Source: a virus
Lineage: Duplodnaviria; Heunggongvirae; Uroviricota; Caudoviricetes
Virus record (IMG/VR): IMGVR_UViG_2718218126_000001
Length of the DNA: 38,732 nucleotides
Strand: one strand, 5' to 3'
Of this stretch, positions 26,065 to 36,549 are shown piece by piece (position 1 is the first letter of the stretch; each line of letters starts with the position of its first letter). Both the position numbers and the translations under genes were made by a program. The notes beneath the pieces are model-generated. The model saw nothing but the letters and a program-made list of their open reading frames with translations, ran no database searches and was not told the origin of the DNA.

Positions 26065-26472
26065 ATGAGCACAAAAACAGAATTGCTGGCGCGCATCGAT
26101 GATCTGAGCGCCCAGCTTGGTCGCGAATTACCGCGTAGCGGGACTATTGCGGAACTGGAATCAATCGTCGCCGGCGCTGAGTCAGAGCTCGATATTCTGA
26201 ACGAGCAATCCGGCGACGAGAGTGATGCCGACACTAATGCAAGCGCATCAGATGATGGTGACGGTGCCGAACAACCGTCAATCGCGAGCACGACGTCACA
26301 ACCAGAACTGTCCCCCGCCACGCGCCGCGTCAGACTGCGTAACACGCTGGACGTTTATCACTACGTGAACGGGCGTCGCGTTCGCGAGATTGTTGCTGCT
26401 GGCCGGGAAATTGTTGTTGATTCACCGGAGGTTGCAGACCTCATCGCAGCTGATCACGTTTACGCGCTATGA
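26065..26472 (+). CDS. DNA-packaging protein FI-like (putative)
   Basis: 135 aa; N-terminal MSTKTELLARIDDLSAQL resembles the lambda FI start; acidic linker. Confidence 0.5.
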   Translation: MSTKTELLARIDDLSAQLGRELPRSGTIAELESIVAGAESELDILNEQSGDESDADTNASASDDGDGAEQPSIASTTSQPELSPATRRVRLRNTLDVYHYVNGRRVREIVAAGREIVVDSPEVADLIAADHVYAL

Positions 26473-26849
26473 GCTACTACGATGACCTCCGGGCTGGCGA
26501 CGAGGAGATGATCCGTGAGTGGGGATGGCCCGTTAAATTACGCGGTAAAACCGACCCTATTATCGCTATTTTCAACGAGCCTTACGCGCGCGTTGACGTT
26601 CCTCACGCTGGTTTTATTACCGGTACAGTAACGAGCCTGACAGCGCTTTCAGACGACGTCGCTGGCGTTGTTGCGCGTGACGTTGTCCAGGTCCCAAAGC
26701 AGCGCAGTATCGCTGCTGACGGCTCTGTTACCTGGTCTGACTGGACCGATTACGTGGTTAAAGAGCCTCAACCGGATGGCATCGGTCTCACGAATATTTT
26801 TTTAGAGCCTCACACGTCCAGCGAAAACAGCGAGTATTCAAAATACTAA
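26469..26849 (+). CDS. Head completion / head-tail adaptor protein (putative)
   Basis: 126 aa, assigned by position; followed by an 18-bp perfect palindrome GTGGGACCGCGGTCCCAC at 26852..26869. Confidence 0.4.
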   Translation: MSYYDDLRAGDEEMIREWGWPVKLRGKTDPIIAIFNEPYARVDVPHAGFITGTVTSLTALSDDVAGVVARDVVQVPKQRSIAADGSVTWSDWTDYVVKEPQPDGIGLTNIFLEPHTSSENSEYSKY

Positions 26850-26880
26850 GTGGGACCGCGGTCCCACTTAAGGGGGAACC

Positions 26881-27561
26881 GTGGCCGATTTACGTAGTAA
26901 CGCGCAGATGTTCGATATCGATGTTTCGGCGCTGGAGCAGCTCAGAGTCGAAATCAGCGCGACGCAACATCAGATGCTGATGGCATACAACAGAGCGCTG
27001 AACCGAACTGCAAAGCATATGCACCGAATTTCAGCAGGAATGATTTTGACTGCACTGGCAGCTAAAAATCATAAGGCCGTAAATAAACGAATCAAACCGT
27101 TCATTAAGCGCCGCAATTTTACAAAAGAAGGGGCAGGAGATCTGAGTAGCGTAAAACTCTGGTACGGCCTGAACGATTTCCGTGTATCTGAGCTAAAGGG
27201 GCAATTACAAAATCCCAGGAAGCAGAAGCAGCCTCGCAATCCAGAGACCGGTCAATTTTTGAAAACAAAAAAAGGCGCTCGAGGGGCAACTTTTACGCCC
27301 AAAAGTGCAGGGCTGGCGATGATTAGTTGGCCAGATTCATTCGTAGCGAAACGCTACGGTGCGAAAAGCGTCTGGATTCGACTGGCTCGCGGAGGAATCG
27401 AAGAGGCTCGCGTACCTGTGCACGACGCGCTTGAGGATGCTATCGATGATTATATTTTTGAAAACATTGGCCCTGTTTTCATGGGCTTTTTTGAGAAAGA
27501 TTTGCGCGGTCGAGTGAAAGGACGCGTTCACGTAGACCCTAAAACAGGTAAACGATTATGA
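26881..27561 (+). CDS. Putative virion morphogenesis / tail completion protein
   Basis: 226 aa, GTG start with RBS AGGGGGAA; position equals P2 R/S-like genes ahead of the baseplate genes. Confidence 0.4.
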   Translation: MADLRSNAQMFDIDVSALEQLRVEISATQHQMLMAYNRALNRTAKHMHRISAGMILTALAAKNHKAVNKRIKPFIKRRNFTKEGAGDLSSVKLWYGLNDFRVSELKGQLQNPRKQKQPRNPETGQFLKTKKGARGATFTPKSAGLAMISWPDSFVAKRYGAKSVWIRLARGGIEEARVPVHDALEDAIDDYIFENIGPVFMGFFEKDLRGRVKGRVHVDPKTGKRL

Positions 27562-28094
27562 GCGGACTGGATGCATTTGACGAATATCTTGATCGCGTTA
27601 AAGGCGCGGTTTTACAAATACCGTTCATCAAAACATTCGGAATTTATCCAGAAATTCCGGCAGGATTTGAAACGCCAGCTCTGTTCCTGGAAATCAGCAA
27701 CTGGTCACAGAGTGACGAATCGGTTCCAGGCTCAATTCAGTCAGTCGAGCTGTCGTGTAATTTGTATTTGCTGCGTGAGTTTGCTGCGGATCGGTACGGA
27801 CTGAAATCGCAGAATGCAGCGCTCTATATGACGAGCTGGATTGATGGGCGAATGTTCGGTCCCGGAACTAAACCGGCAAAATTCAGCGACGCGGAACCGT
27901 GTGACTGGATTAAAAACGGGCAGTCAGTCGGTTCGCATTCAGTTCAGTGCGTGTCGTTCACGCAGGTTGTCGGCGTTGGTCCCGATATTTTCGATTACCC
28001 ATCACAGGGAACCCTGAAAAATTTATATGTCGGAATAGCGCCAGATATCGGCGCAGAACATGAGGGCGACTACTATGGCCCAATCGGACGATGA
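27558..28094 (+). CDS. Putative tail completion protein
   Basis: 178 aa, overlapping start/stop with neighbours; assigned by position. Confidence 0.4.
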   Translation: MSGLDAFDEYLDRVKGAVLQIPFIKTFGIYPEIPAGFETPALFLEISNWSQSDESVPGSIQSVELSCNLYLLREFAADRYGLKSQNAALYMTSWIDGRMFGPGTKPAKFSDAEPCDWIKNGQSVGSHSVQCVSFTQVVGVGPDIFDYPSQGTLKNLYVGIAPDIGAEHEGDYYGPIGR

Positions 28095-28977
28095 ATATGC
28101 TGCAGCGGAGAACGCGCGCCGGCTGCGTGACGCAGTTAAACGCGGCACGATAGCTGCAGTTAAAATGAATCCTCCTCGCTGCCGCGTCTCATTTGGCGGC
28201 GAGCACCAGTCAGGCTGGCTGCAGTGGTTCACGCACGCGACATCGGAACGAGTGGATTGGAGCGCTCCATCAGTGGGTGATCCCGTTACCGTTGTTTCTG
28301 AGGGCGGGGACACGCGGAACGGCGTAGTTATGCTCGGGCTGCACATTGACAACAAAGCTCCGCCCAGTAATGACCCCCATGATCATGTCACTGCATACTG
28401 TGACGGGGCTACGATGACGTATAACACAAAAAATCACACTCTGACATGGCAGGGCGTACCGGACGGCGTAGTAAAAATACTCGGTGAGTCTGAAATAGAA
28501 ATATTCGGACGTGCAGACGTTACTATTAATAGCGAAAACGTTGTCAATATTCATGGTGGAAAATTAATTAACGCAGACGCTGACATTATTAATGTGACAG
28601 CAACTGACACAATTAACGCACATGCTGATTTAGTGAACGTTATAGCAACGAGTTCTGTTAGTGTTACTGCTGCGAACAGAATATCGCTGACAGCTCAAAC
28701 AATCAGTGCGTGGGCTCCGGGTGGGATAACACTAGCTGGTCCAACGCATATCACCGAGACATTAATTGTAGATAAATTAGCGACATTCCGTAACGATATT
28801 TCTGTCACTGGAGATAACGGTGGAACAGGTAATATCACAACTCGCGGTAGTGTGTTAGCAGGACAAGAGGTGCAGGATCGACAAGGCACAATAACTGAAG
28901 TCCGCACAACGTATAACGGACACACTCATACATGCCCGGACGGGGAAACACAACAACCGAACCAACCAATGGCGTAA
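28075..28977 (+). CDS. Baseplate spike / assembly protein V (P2 gpV-like)
   Basis: ATG 28075 preferred (RBS GAGGG); ORF opens at 28060. Repetitive beta-helix-like segment and C-terminal TYNGHTHTCPDG motif. Confidence 0.8.
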   Translation: MAQSDDEYAAAENARRLRDAVKRGTIAAVKMNPPRCRVSFGGEHQSGWLQWFTHATSERVDWSAPSVGDPVTVVSEGGDTRNGVVMLGLHIDNKAPPSNDPHDHVTAYCDGATMTYNTKNHTLTWQGVPDGVVKILGESEIEIFGRADVTINSENVVNIHGGKLINADADIINVTATDTINAHADLVNVIATSSVSVTAANRISLTAQTISAWAPGGITLAGPTHITETLIVDKLATFRNDISVTGDNGGTGNITTRGSVLAGQEVQDRQGTITEVRTTYNGHTHTCPDGETQQPNQPMA

Positions 28978-28979
28978 AT

Positions 28980-29321
28980 ATGCTTGGAATGGACCGTAAC
29001 ACTGGTAAACCTTTATCCGGGGTTGACCACATTTGTCAGTCTATCGTTGATATTTTAACGACCCCGCTGGGAACCCGTGTAATGCTGCCGGAATATGGGA
29101 GCAAATTATTTGACCTCGTTGATAATCCCACAGATCCATCACTGGCTATACGGATAATCATGGAAAGTGCTGGCGCAATAGCACGCTGGGAACCACGCGT
29201 CAGAATTGACAGAATAAATGTGTTAGCAGTGGATATCGGGAAAATAACAATATTAATTATCGCAACAGATATCGAAACACAACAGCGATTAGAGTTTAAT
29301 AATATGGAGCTGATATTTTGA
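28980..29321 (+). CDS. Baseplate protein W (P2 gpW / gp25-like)
   Basis: ATG at 28980 just after the V stop; MLGMDRNTGKPLSG...LPEYGS...RWEPRV typical of gpW. Confidence 0.8.
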   Translation: MLGMDRNTGKPLSGVDHICQSIVDILTTPLGTRVMLPEYGSKLFDLVDNPTDPSLAIRIIMESAGAIARWEPRVRIDRINVLAVDIGKITILIIATDIETQQRLEFNNMELIF

Positions 29322-30238
29322 TAACATCAACAGTTCAGAACTCGATAGTGAAAACTATTGATATGAGTCTGCTGCCGCCGCCAGCATTCGTTAAAACCCC
29401 GTTATTTTCAGATGTTAAATCTAATCTACTGTCAGAGCTGCAGATATTATATCCACAATTTAACGCACTCCTGGAGTCAGACCCGGCAGTTAAACTGCTG
29501 GAAATAGTTGCATACAGAGAAATCATTATTACAGCTCGGGTAAATCAGGGGATGCTCGCTGTATTGCTCGCGTTTGCAAAAGGGACTGACCTCGACCAGA
29601 TTGGCGCTAATTTTGACTGCCTGCGGCTGTTGATAACGCCAGCTAATCCCGACTCAGTCCCCCCGACTGAAGCGGTTTACGAGAGTGACGACGAGTATCG
29701 TCATCGCATACAACTATCATGGTACGCGCGTAATACTGCCGGCAGTACAAACGCGTATAACTATTTCGCGCTATCGAGTGATCCCGATGTTCTGTCAGCG
29801 CAGGCATACGGCCCGCCTGTGACTCAGCCAGGGTACGTCGATATGTACGTTTTGTCCCGGACAGGCGACGGTGTACCCCCGCAATCACTACTGAATACAG
29901 TGAATGCGGCCCTGTCTCCTGACGACACTCGGCCACTAACTGATTTCGTGACCGTAAAACCTGCGTCGAACCTGAATTACCGGGTTGAGGCCGTTATCGT
30001 AGCGGGGCTCGGTCCCGACCAGAACGTATTACTCAACGGCGCGCAGAGCGACCTGGCGGTCTACGTGACCACGCAACATAAAATCGGGGCAACAGCAGCC
30101 CTGTCGGGAATTTACGACGCAATACATCGTGACGGCACCGAACGTGTGATTCTGATATCGCCGACAGAGGACGTCATTGCAGGTGTCGGACAGGCACCAT
30201 ATTGCACCGAAATTAAACTCAGCGTACAGATGGGGTGA
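29318..30238 (+). CDS. Baseplate protein J (P2 gpJ-like)
   Basis: 306 aa collinear with P2 J; TTG start with GGAG RBS (alternative ATG at 29363). Confidence 0.8.
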   Translation: MITSTVQNSIVKTIDMSLLPPPAFVKTPLFSDVKSNLLSELQILYPQFNALLESDPAVKLLEIVAYREIIITARVNQGMLAVLLAFAKGTDLDQIGANFDCLRLLITPANPDSVPPTEAVYESDDEYRHRIQLSWYARNTAGSTNAYNYFALSSDPDVLSAQAYGPPVTQPGYVDMYVLSRTGDGVPPQSLLNTVNAALSPDDTRPLTDFVTVKPASNLNYRVEAVIVAGLGPDQNVLLNGAQSDLAVYVTTQHKIGATAALSGIYDAIHRDGTERVILISPTEDVIAGVGQAPYCTEIKLSVQMG

Positions 30239-30240
30239 CA

Positions 30241-30867
30241 ATGACGAGCCAGAGTGTACTGCCTCCTAACGCAGTAACACCAGAAAGAGCGCTGGAAGCC
30301 GTTTTATCTCACGTCGGCGATCTGCCTGGCGATATTCGAATTATTAAGAATCCCGATTTGTGTCCTGCAAATCTGTTGCCGTGGCTTGCGTGGGAATACG
30401 CCGTCACCTACTGGAACCCCGACTGGAGCGAGCAGCAAAAACGCGAAATTATTAAAGCAGCTGCGTGGCAGAACAAGCACCGCGGAACGCGTGGAGCTGT
30501 TGAACGAGCGTTATTAACAGTTGGATTTGAGAGCAAAATGAGAGAGTGGTTCGAAGCCGCGCCCAGGGACGACCCGTATACATTCGCAATTAAAATATAT
30601 CTGCTAAAAAATATGGGGTTAGATTTAGAGCTATTGAATACATTTATTGCACAAATATTTGATGCAAAAAATTGTCGCTCTTTATTAAAAGAAATAAATT
30701 TCGAAACAGGTGTGGAAGGGGAATTTTTTATAGCTGGAACTCCTTACACAAAAATAGGCGTAAATATACCGGCAGATGGTGATGGTGGCGTGAAATTAAA
30801 TGGCGGATTATATATATCAGGCTCGCCAATCGTGAGTCTGTTAGTGGAGATTGGACCCAATGGCTAA
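30241..30867 (+). CDS. Baseplate/tail protein I (P2 gpI-like)
   Basis: ATG 30241; NPDLCPANLLPWLAWEYAV matches the P2 I motif. Confidence 0.8.
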   Translation: MTSQSVLPPNAVTPERALEAVLSHVGDLPGDIRIIKNPDLCPANLLPWLAWEYAVTYWNPDWSEQQKREIIKAAAWQNKHRGTRGAVERALLTVGFESKMREWFEAAPRDDPYTFAIKIYLLKNMGLDLELLNTFIAQIFDAKNCRSLLKEINFETGVEGEFFIAGTPYTKIGVNIPADGDGGVKLNGGLYISGSPIVSLLVEIGPNG

Positions 30868-31813
30868 ATTAAAATCAAATCTGAAAGCTAACGCGAGCCA
30901 AGTTTATGCGGTGCTGACAGACCGTGGCGCGCAATTAGAAGCTGCGGCGCTGGCGTCAGGCGTGCCGGTAGTGCTAAATAAATTCGTTATTGGTGACGCG
31001 AACGGAAATGACGACGTAACACCAGACCCGGCCAGAACGGCATTAATTCACGAGACGTATCGCGGAGATATTAAATCGTCAGAAAATAGCGGTAATCAGG
31101 TCATTTTTACACTGTACGTACCGCCGGAAACCGGCGGTTATACCATCCGCGAGGTGGGGATATTAACAGATAAAGGGGAACTGTACTCAGTTGCACGTTC
31201 ACCGGATATTTTAAAACCTACGGACAGCAACGGCGCGCTGATTTCAATCACGTATAAATACACTCTCGCGGTGTCCAGCACGTCTACTGTTAACGTTGTT
31301 ATTGATAACAGTAGCGGAATGAGCCAGGCAGATGCCGATAAACGATATTTGCAGATAGGTAAAAATTTATCTGAAATTAAAGATAAAGGCACGGTGGCGC
31401 AAAAAACGGCGCGAGAAAATATCGGCGTAAATCTTGATAATTATTACACCAAAGAAGACGTTGATGATTTAATTGATGCTAACGATGACCCTGCACCGGC
31501 GGTGCCTGCGTTTGCAGCTGTCGGCTCAGTTGTTTATGCTGGATTTACATTCGATAACTCTACTGTAATGCACTATAAACCTGGTGATCAGTTACAAGGT
31601 TCGATAATTTCCCCTGCATGCATTCAATGGAAATATACCGGAGGTGTCGGCTCTATGAGCGAAGCCACGCTTACGCTAACTTTTGGAAGTGAGCCATTGC
31701 CTGGTATTTGGCAATTGTGCGGACTGATCCCCCAGAGCTATGAGCCATCTTCCGGGGCTGGTGAAGATATCTATACTGGCAAATTTGCAACTAATTTCAC
31801 GAGGATAGCGTAA
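30860..31813 (+). CDS. Tail fibre protein with P2 gpH-like N-terminal domain
   Basis: 317 aa; N-terminal ~150 aa resemble the P2 H fibre N-terminus (ALIHETYRGDI, VPPETGGYTIREVGIL). Confidence 0.65.
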   Translation: MAKLKSNLKANASQVYAVLTDRGAQLEAAALASGVPVVLNKFVIGDANGNDDVTPDPARTALIHETYRGDIKSSENSGNQVIFTLYVPPETGGYTIREVGILTDKGELYSVARSPDILKPTDSNGALISITYKYTLAVSSTSTVNVVIDNSSGMSQADADKRYLQIGKNLSEIKDKGTVAQKTARENIGVNLDNYYTKEDVDDLIDANDDPAPAVPAFAAVGSVVYAGFTFDNSTVMHYKPGDQLQGSIISPACIQWKYTGGVGSMSEATLTLTFGSEPLPGIWQLCGLIPQSYEPSSGAGEDIYTGKFATNFTRIA

Positions 31814-31818
31814 AACAA

Positions 31819-32052
31819 ATGATAACAATTGATAACTTTTCAAATATAAAAACACAGCGCTATTCCAGCGCATCGAATAACAGTATTGATATTGTCTGTG
31901 ACATACAAGGGATCGGTAATGCTATTTTATTTACTGCATCTAAGACAGACTCCACATTATATGGCCGAGAGTTATACGAGCGCGCCGCTTGCGGTGAATT
32001 TGGTGATGTTGCTGAATATGTGGCTCCAATTATAATCGAATCAGGAGAGTAA
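31819..32052 (+). CDS. Small protein after the fibre gene (possible fibre assembly chaperone)
   Basis: 77 aa; positional inference only. Confidence 0.35.
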   Translation: MITIDNFSNIKTQRYSSASNNSIDIVCDIQGIGNAILFTASKTDSTLYGRELYERAACGEFGDVAEYVAPIIIESGE

Positions 32053-32057
32053 AATTA

Positions 32058-33551
32058 ATGAGCACTAATTTTTTGCACGGCCCCCGCACGCTTGAATACG
32101 ACGACGGCACAAAAGAGATCAGCGCGGTAGATATTTCGGTTATCGGGATTGTTGGTACTGCACCGGATGTTGGGCTGGGAGGAAGAGCTTCATTAACATG
32201 GGGGTCACCCTTGTCAGATAATGTGGTGACATTTCTCCCGGTTTATTCAGGGAGTTACGGAAATAAATTTGCAGTTGAAATTATTAAGAAGGGCATTTCT
32301 GGAATTAAATACGGATATAGCACGTTACCGGACGGGACAATAAAATTAACGCTCGGAACAGATAGTACAACAACGCCAGAGGTGCTGTCACAAGACGTTC
32401 TGACTCACAATGAGGGACGGAACGCGGAGGATTATATTTTTGTAGCGTTGGATGAGGCCAGTAAAAATGATGGAATTGTTTATCAGATGCCCGTCACGAG
32501 CCTGACGGGCGGTTCTGACGCTCCATTTCCAGTCAACATACCCACACTAATTGCAGGTAGTCAGAAAAAAGCGGCGCTCCTGGGTGCAGCAGGCACTCTC
32601 CCCGCAGCCATCACTGATATTTTAAATCAGACAGATGCGCTAATTGTTGTTGTTCGCGTAGACGAAAACACAGACGCGACAAAAGAGCGTGAGAACGTAA
32701 TCAACGGCATTAACGCTATGTTAACATCGGGACAGATAAACCAGGTGACTCCACGAATTTTGATTGCACCTGATTACAGTGCTAATGACGACGTCGCTGC
32801 CGCGCTGGAGGTAGTCACAAATAAATTACGTGGAGTCGGCTATATTGATTCTCCACGCACGGCATCGCCCGCAGACGTCGTTAACCGCCGCCATAAATAT
32901 AGCGCGCGCATGGAAATACTACGCCCGCGTGTGTTTTCAGCTGGCGATCTCAGTGATCTGTCGCGTCCATATTCAGCTATCGCCGCTGGTTTACGAGCCA
33001 GAATTGATAATGAAAAAGGGTTTTGGTGGAGTAAGTCGAATCAAAATATTTATGGAATAACAGGGCTTGAACAAATCGACGATTTTATTATTGGTGAGAC
33101 AAACTGCACAGCGAACCTACTGAACGCCAGCCAGGTCAGCACCATTATTCGCTACGATGGATTCCGGCACTGGGGTAACTATCTGTGCAGTCTGGATCCA
33201 CAATGGTCGTTTGAATGCGTTCGTCGGACAGCTGACGTAATTGAAGATTCTATAGCCCGGGCAATGATGACAGATTTTATTGATCGCCCGATAGACCTGC
33301 ATCTCGGAACAGACGTTGTCGAGTCGATAAACGCATATCTGCACAAATTAGAGGAGCAGGGTGCGATTAACGGAGGGCGTGCGTGGTTAGACGGTGAGCT
33401 GAATACAAAAGAAAGTCTGGCCGCTGGCAATCTTTATATTAATGTTGATTTTGGTCCGAAATCTCCGGCACAAACAATTACGTTAATGTACTGTATTAAT
33501 AATGACTATACAGTTGAGGCACTGGCCTCCCTTTTTAAAGAAACAGCCTGA
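32058..33551 (+). CDS. Contractile tail sheath protein
   Basis: 497 aa, RBS AGGAGAG; size and position (before tube, chaperone, tape measure) typical of P2 FI / Mu L sheath proteins. Confidence 0.8.
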   Translation: MSTNFLHGPRTLEYDDGTKEISAVDISVIGIVGTAPDVGLGGRASLTWGSPLSDNVVTFLPVYSGSYGNKFAVEIIKKGISGIKYGYSTLPDGTIKLTLGTDSTTTPEVLSQDVLTHNEGRNAEDYIFVALDEASKNDGIVYQMPVTSLTGGSDAPFPVNIPTLIAGSQKKAALLGAAGTLPAAITDILNQTDALIVVVRVDENTDATKERENVINGINAMLTSGQINQVTPRILIAPDYSANDDVAAALEVVTNKLRGVGYIDSPRTASPADVVNRRHKYSARMEILRPRVFSAGDLSDLSRPYSAIAAGLRARIDNEKGFWWSKSNQNIYGITGLEQIDDFIIGETNCTANLLNASQVSTIIRYDGFRHWGNYLCSLDPQWSFECVRRTADVIEDSIARAMMTDFIDRPIDLHLGTDVVESINAYLHKLEEQGAINGGRAWLDGELNTKESLAAGNLYINVDFGPKSPAQTITLMYCINNDYTVEALASLFKETA

Positions 33552-33568
33552 TAATTTGGAGATTAAAT

Positions 33569-34081
33569 ATGTCAGACAGCAACGCTTACCGCGCGTTTGC
33601 GCTATTCGTGCAGGGCGAACGGGTTTTAAATTGTACTGAATATACTCCAGTAGATATGAAAATAATCGAAGACGAGTTTAAAACAGGCGCGATGGATACA
33701 GCTATCACTCTGGATGGGGGGATGGAGAAAATGTCAGCCAGTTTTAAAGTTTCAGGTTCTGATTCTGCTGTTATGAGCTATTTCGGGTTAATACCGGGAG
33801 TGAAGACGCGGTTTGAAATTCGTAGTGCGTACACAGACTCTTACGGAATAAACTTTGAGCGCATTGATACCTATGAGGGGCTTATTACAGCAATCACTGA
33901 TGATGCCCAGGGGACTGATTCTAAATCGTCAGTGGGGCAATCAGTAACGATTGCGCCGAGCTATTATAAACGAGTTCAAAATGGACGAATTATTTACGAA
34001 ATTCATCCTGCAAAAATGAAACGCGTTATCAATGGTGTTGATGTTCTTGCGGGCGTCGCTCGAATCCTTCATGTATATTAA
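33569..34081 (+). CDS. Tail tube protein (P2 FII-like)
   Basis: 170 aa; C-terminal IHPAKMKRVINGVDVLAGVARILHVY resembles the P2 FII end; RBS GGAG. Confidence 0.8.
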   Translation: MSDSNAYRAFALFVQGERVLNCTEYTPVDMKIIEDEFKTGAMDTAITLDGGMEKMSASFKVSGSDSAVMSYFGLIPGVKTRFEIRSAYTDSYGINFERIDTYEGLITAITDDAQGTDSKSSVGQSVTIAPSYYKRVQNGRIIYEIHPAKMKRVINGVDVLAGVARILHVY

Positions 34082-34093
34082 AAGGTAAGTAAG

Positions 34094-34375
34094 ATGGAAT
34101 CATTATTAGACAGTATGACTATTACGCTCTCTCGACCATTTATTATTAAGGGCGAGAGCTGCGATACAATTACTATTCGCGAACCAAAATTACGCGACCG
34201 CATTATGTTCAGTAACGATAAAAGCGGTCTTGAAGAGCGGACAGCGACAATGCTGGCGCGCCTGGCAAATCTGGAGAGAGAGGATTTATATGCGCTCCCC
34301 GCGTGCGATTACGATCAACTGGAGGCCGCGTTTAACGAACTGGTAAAGCACCCGAAAGACCGACATCAGATATAG
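34094..34375 (+). CDS. Tail assembly chaperone (P2 gpE-like)
   Basis: 93 aa; position between tube and tape measure. A -1 frame stays open from 34336 to 34503, consistent with an E' frameshift extension. Confidence 0.7.
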   Translation: MESLLDSMTITLSRPFIIKGESCDTITIREPKLRDRIMFSNDKSGLEERTATMLARLANLEREDLYALPACDYDQLEAAFNELVKHPKDRHQI

Positions 34376-34483
34376 TAATTCTGATTCCGTTTATTGCGAA
34401 AAAACTTGCCATCCCGCCCGATACGCAAATGGACCTGCCGTATCGGGTTTTTAATTTCTATGTAAACGAGGTCATGAAAACCG

Positions 34484-36124
34484 ATGGCTATTTCTCAAAA
34501 CTTTAAAACGCAGGTTGTATTTGGGGGGAGAATAGACCCGTCGTTTCGGCGCGGTACAACAGAACTCAACGATGCAATTCGGCAGACGTCGTCTACTGTC
34601 GGAAAATTAACGAAAAGCCAGGATAAATTAAAAGACAAAATCGCAGCAATGAAACTGGCGGGTAAAGACGTTTCTGATTTATCTGCTCAGTATCAAAAGC
34701 TGGACCGTCGGATAAAAGCGACAACACAGGACCAGGAAGCTCTGAATACTCAGCTCGCCAAAAAACAGCGGCTGGAGAAGTGGACGGGGCGCGCAAAAGG
34801 TGCTGCAAAATGGGGAGGGCGAGCCGCCGCAGGTGCGGTGAGGGCCACGGGACGGGGTATCAAATGGGGGACGCTGGGGGCCGTGGGTCTGCTCGGCGGC
34901 GCGGCTGCTGGCGCGTTGGCAATGAATGCAGAGACGTCAGAAAAACTCGGTCTGGCGAAGTCCTACGGTGTTGGCATCGAAAAATACGCTGCGTGGGAAA
35001 ATATTGGTAAAGCTGCAGGGCTGAATGGCGAAAACGTAGGAGATCTGTCGGAGGAGTTGACTAATAAAATCGGGGAGGTTGGAAACGAAAAAAACCTGAA
35101 CCCCATGTTGTTTCAAATTGGCCTGACAAAAAAACGGATGGCTAAATGGGATCGAGAAAAACAGTTCAATGAAGTTATGCGGCGTATCTCTGAAATGAAG
35201 GATGATCAACAGGCGGCGAGTCTGGCTGATCAGCTCATGGGGGGGGAAGCTAATAAAATAATGACTTATATGCGGGCGACTGGTAAAAGCTGGGAGCAGA
35301 CTCTGTCGGACGCTCAAAAATCAAACCTGCTAACGAAAGAAGGGGCTGAGGGTGCAGCGCGCGCGCACGTATCCGTCACGAATCTGTGGGGGGCAATCAC
35401 ATCGGGGCTGGCAGATACTCTCGGGAAAATCGGAGGGGAACTCGCGCCGACGTTTGACGCTATGCGAGACGGGCTGGCATCCTGGTTTAAAGAGAATCAA
35501 GGGGGGGTTGTTGATAGTATTAAAGAATGGGTTAAGCCAGAAAATATGAAAAAAATGTGGGAGGGGATAGTCAGTTTTGGCGAGGCGTGCGTTAAATTCG
35601 GAAAAATAATTTGGGCAGTCGTAAAAAAACTGGAGTGGTTAATACCAGACGAGAAAACAGACGAGGAACAGCGCGTATATAACGAAGAATATAATAAAGC
35701 GTATCAGGAATTCATGGATAGTGGTGGTAAATATTCACCGAACCCAGGACTGGCAGCAGATAATGTAGCAAAAGCAAAAGCCGACGAAGCCGTCGATAAT
35801 ATGCGGCACCCTGAACGTCTTGCTCGTGCAAAATCACAGGCTGAATCAATGCTCTCGTTTGCTAACCCGTTTACTGGATTAATAAATAAAGACTCAACGC
35901 CTGAATCACAAAACTCAGCAACGTTGAATATTGACGCGCTGAGACAGGCAGTCGCAACTCCAGCGCCAGAGCAAAACAATAAAATTGAAATCAATATTAT
36001 CGGAGCGGCAGATCCACAATCAACACAGCAGGCTGCTGCATCGGGTGTGCTCGACGGGCTGAGACAAGTTGCGAGTTCGTACAACCGTGGTGCAATGTTT
36101 GATAAACCAGCGGCGGCGGGGTGA
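34484..36124 (+). CDS. Tail tape measure protein
   Basis: 546 aa, coiled-coil and Gly-rich segments; position after the chaperone. Confidence 0.85.
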   Translation: MAISQNFKTQVVFGGRIDPSFRRGTTELNDAIRQTSSTVGKLTKSQDKLKDKIAAMKLAGKDVSDLSAQYQKLDRRIKATTQDQEALNTQLAKKQRLEKWTGRAKGAAKWGGRAAAGAVRATGRGIKWGTLGAVGLLGGAAAGALAMNAETSEKLGLAKSYGVGIEKYAAWENIGKAAGLNGENVGDLSEELTNKIGEVGNEKNLNPMLFQIGLTKKRMAKWDREKQFNEVMRRISEMKDDQQAASLADQLMGGEANKIMTYMRATGKSWEQTLSDAQKSNLLTKEGAEGAARAHVSVTNLWGAITSGLADTLGKIGGELAPTFDAMRDGLASWFKENQGGVVDSIKEWVKPENMKKMWEGIVSFGEACVKFGKIIWAVVKKLEWLIPDEKTDEEQRVYNEEYNKAYQEFMDSGGKYSPNPGLAADNVAKAKADEAVDNMRHPERLARAKSQAESMLSFANPFTGLINKDSTPESQNSATLNIDALRQAVATPAPEQNNKIEINIIGAADPQSTQQAAASGVLDGLRQVASSYNRGAMFDKPAAAG

Positions 36125-36126
36125 CA

Positions 36127-36549
36127 ATGAGTGATGCAACAAACGGTGCTGAGGACATTATGCTCGGCCTGGGTGATTTCATTTTTGCTATATCAACAAT
36201 AGCGTACAACAAACTGCAACGTAGTGACGCCTGGCGCTGGGCTCAGCAAACACGGTTCGGAAAAAACGACGCATTGCAGATAACCGGACGACCGAACCCC
36301 ACAATCACGATCGATGGGAAAATAAATGCCTTATTCCTTGATGGGTGCGGCATTGGCTTGTTAACAGATTTGCGGGCACTGGGGAACTCGGGAGAACCCC
36401 AGCAACTGGTGCTGGGGACCGGGGAGGTGAAGGGGTACTGGGTTATCAGGGAGTTAACAGAAACGCAAAACAGTTTTCTGAAAGGAGGGACCCCAAAATC
36501 GCAGGACTTTTCACTCACGCTCGAATATTACGGAGCTTCGCTGGATTGA
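36127..36549 (+). CDS. Tail protein U (P2 gpU-like)
   Basis: LGLGDFIFAISTIAYNKLQRSDAWRWA resembles the P2 U N-terminus. Confidence 0.8.
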   Translation: MSDATNGAEDIMLGLGDFIFAISTIAYNKLQRSDAWRWAQQTRFGKNDALQITGRPNPTITIDGKINALFLDGCGIGLLTDLRALGNSGEPQQLVLGTGEVKGYWVIRELTETQNSFLKGGTPKSQDFSLTLEYYGASLD

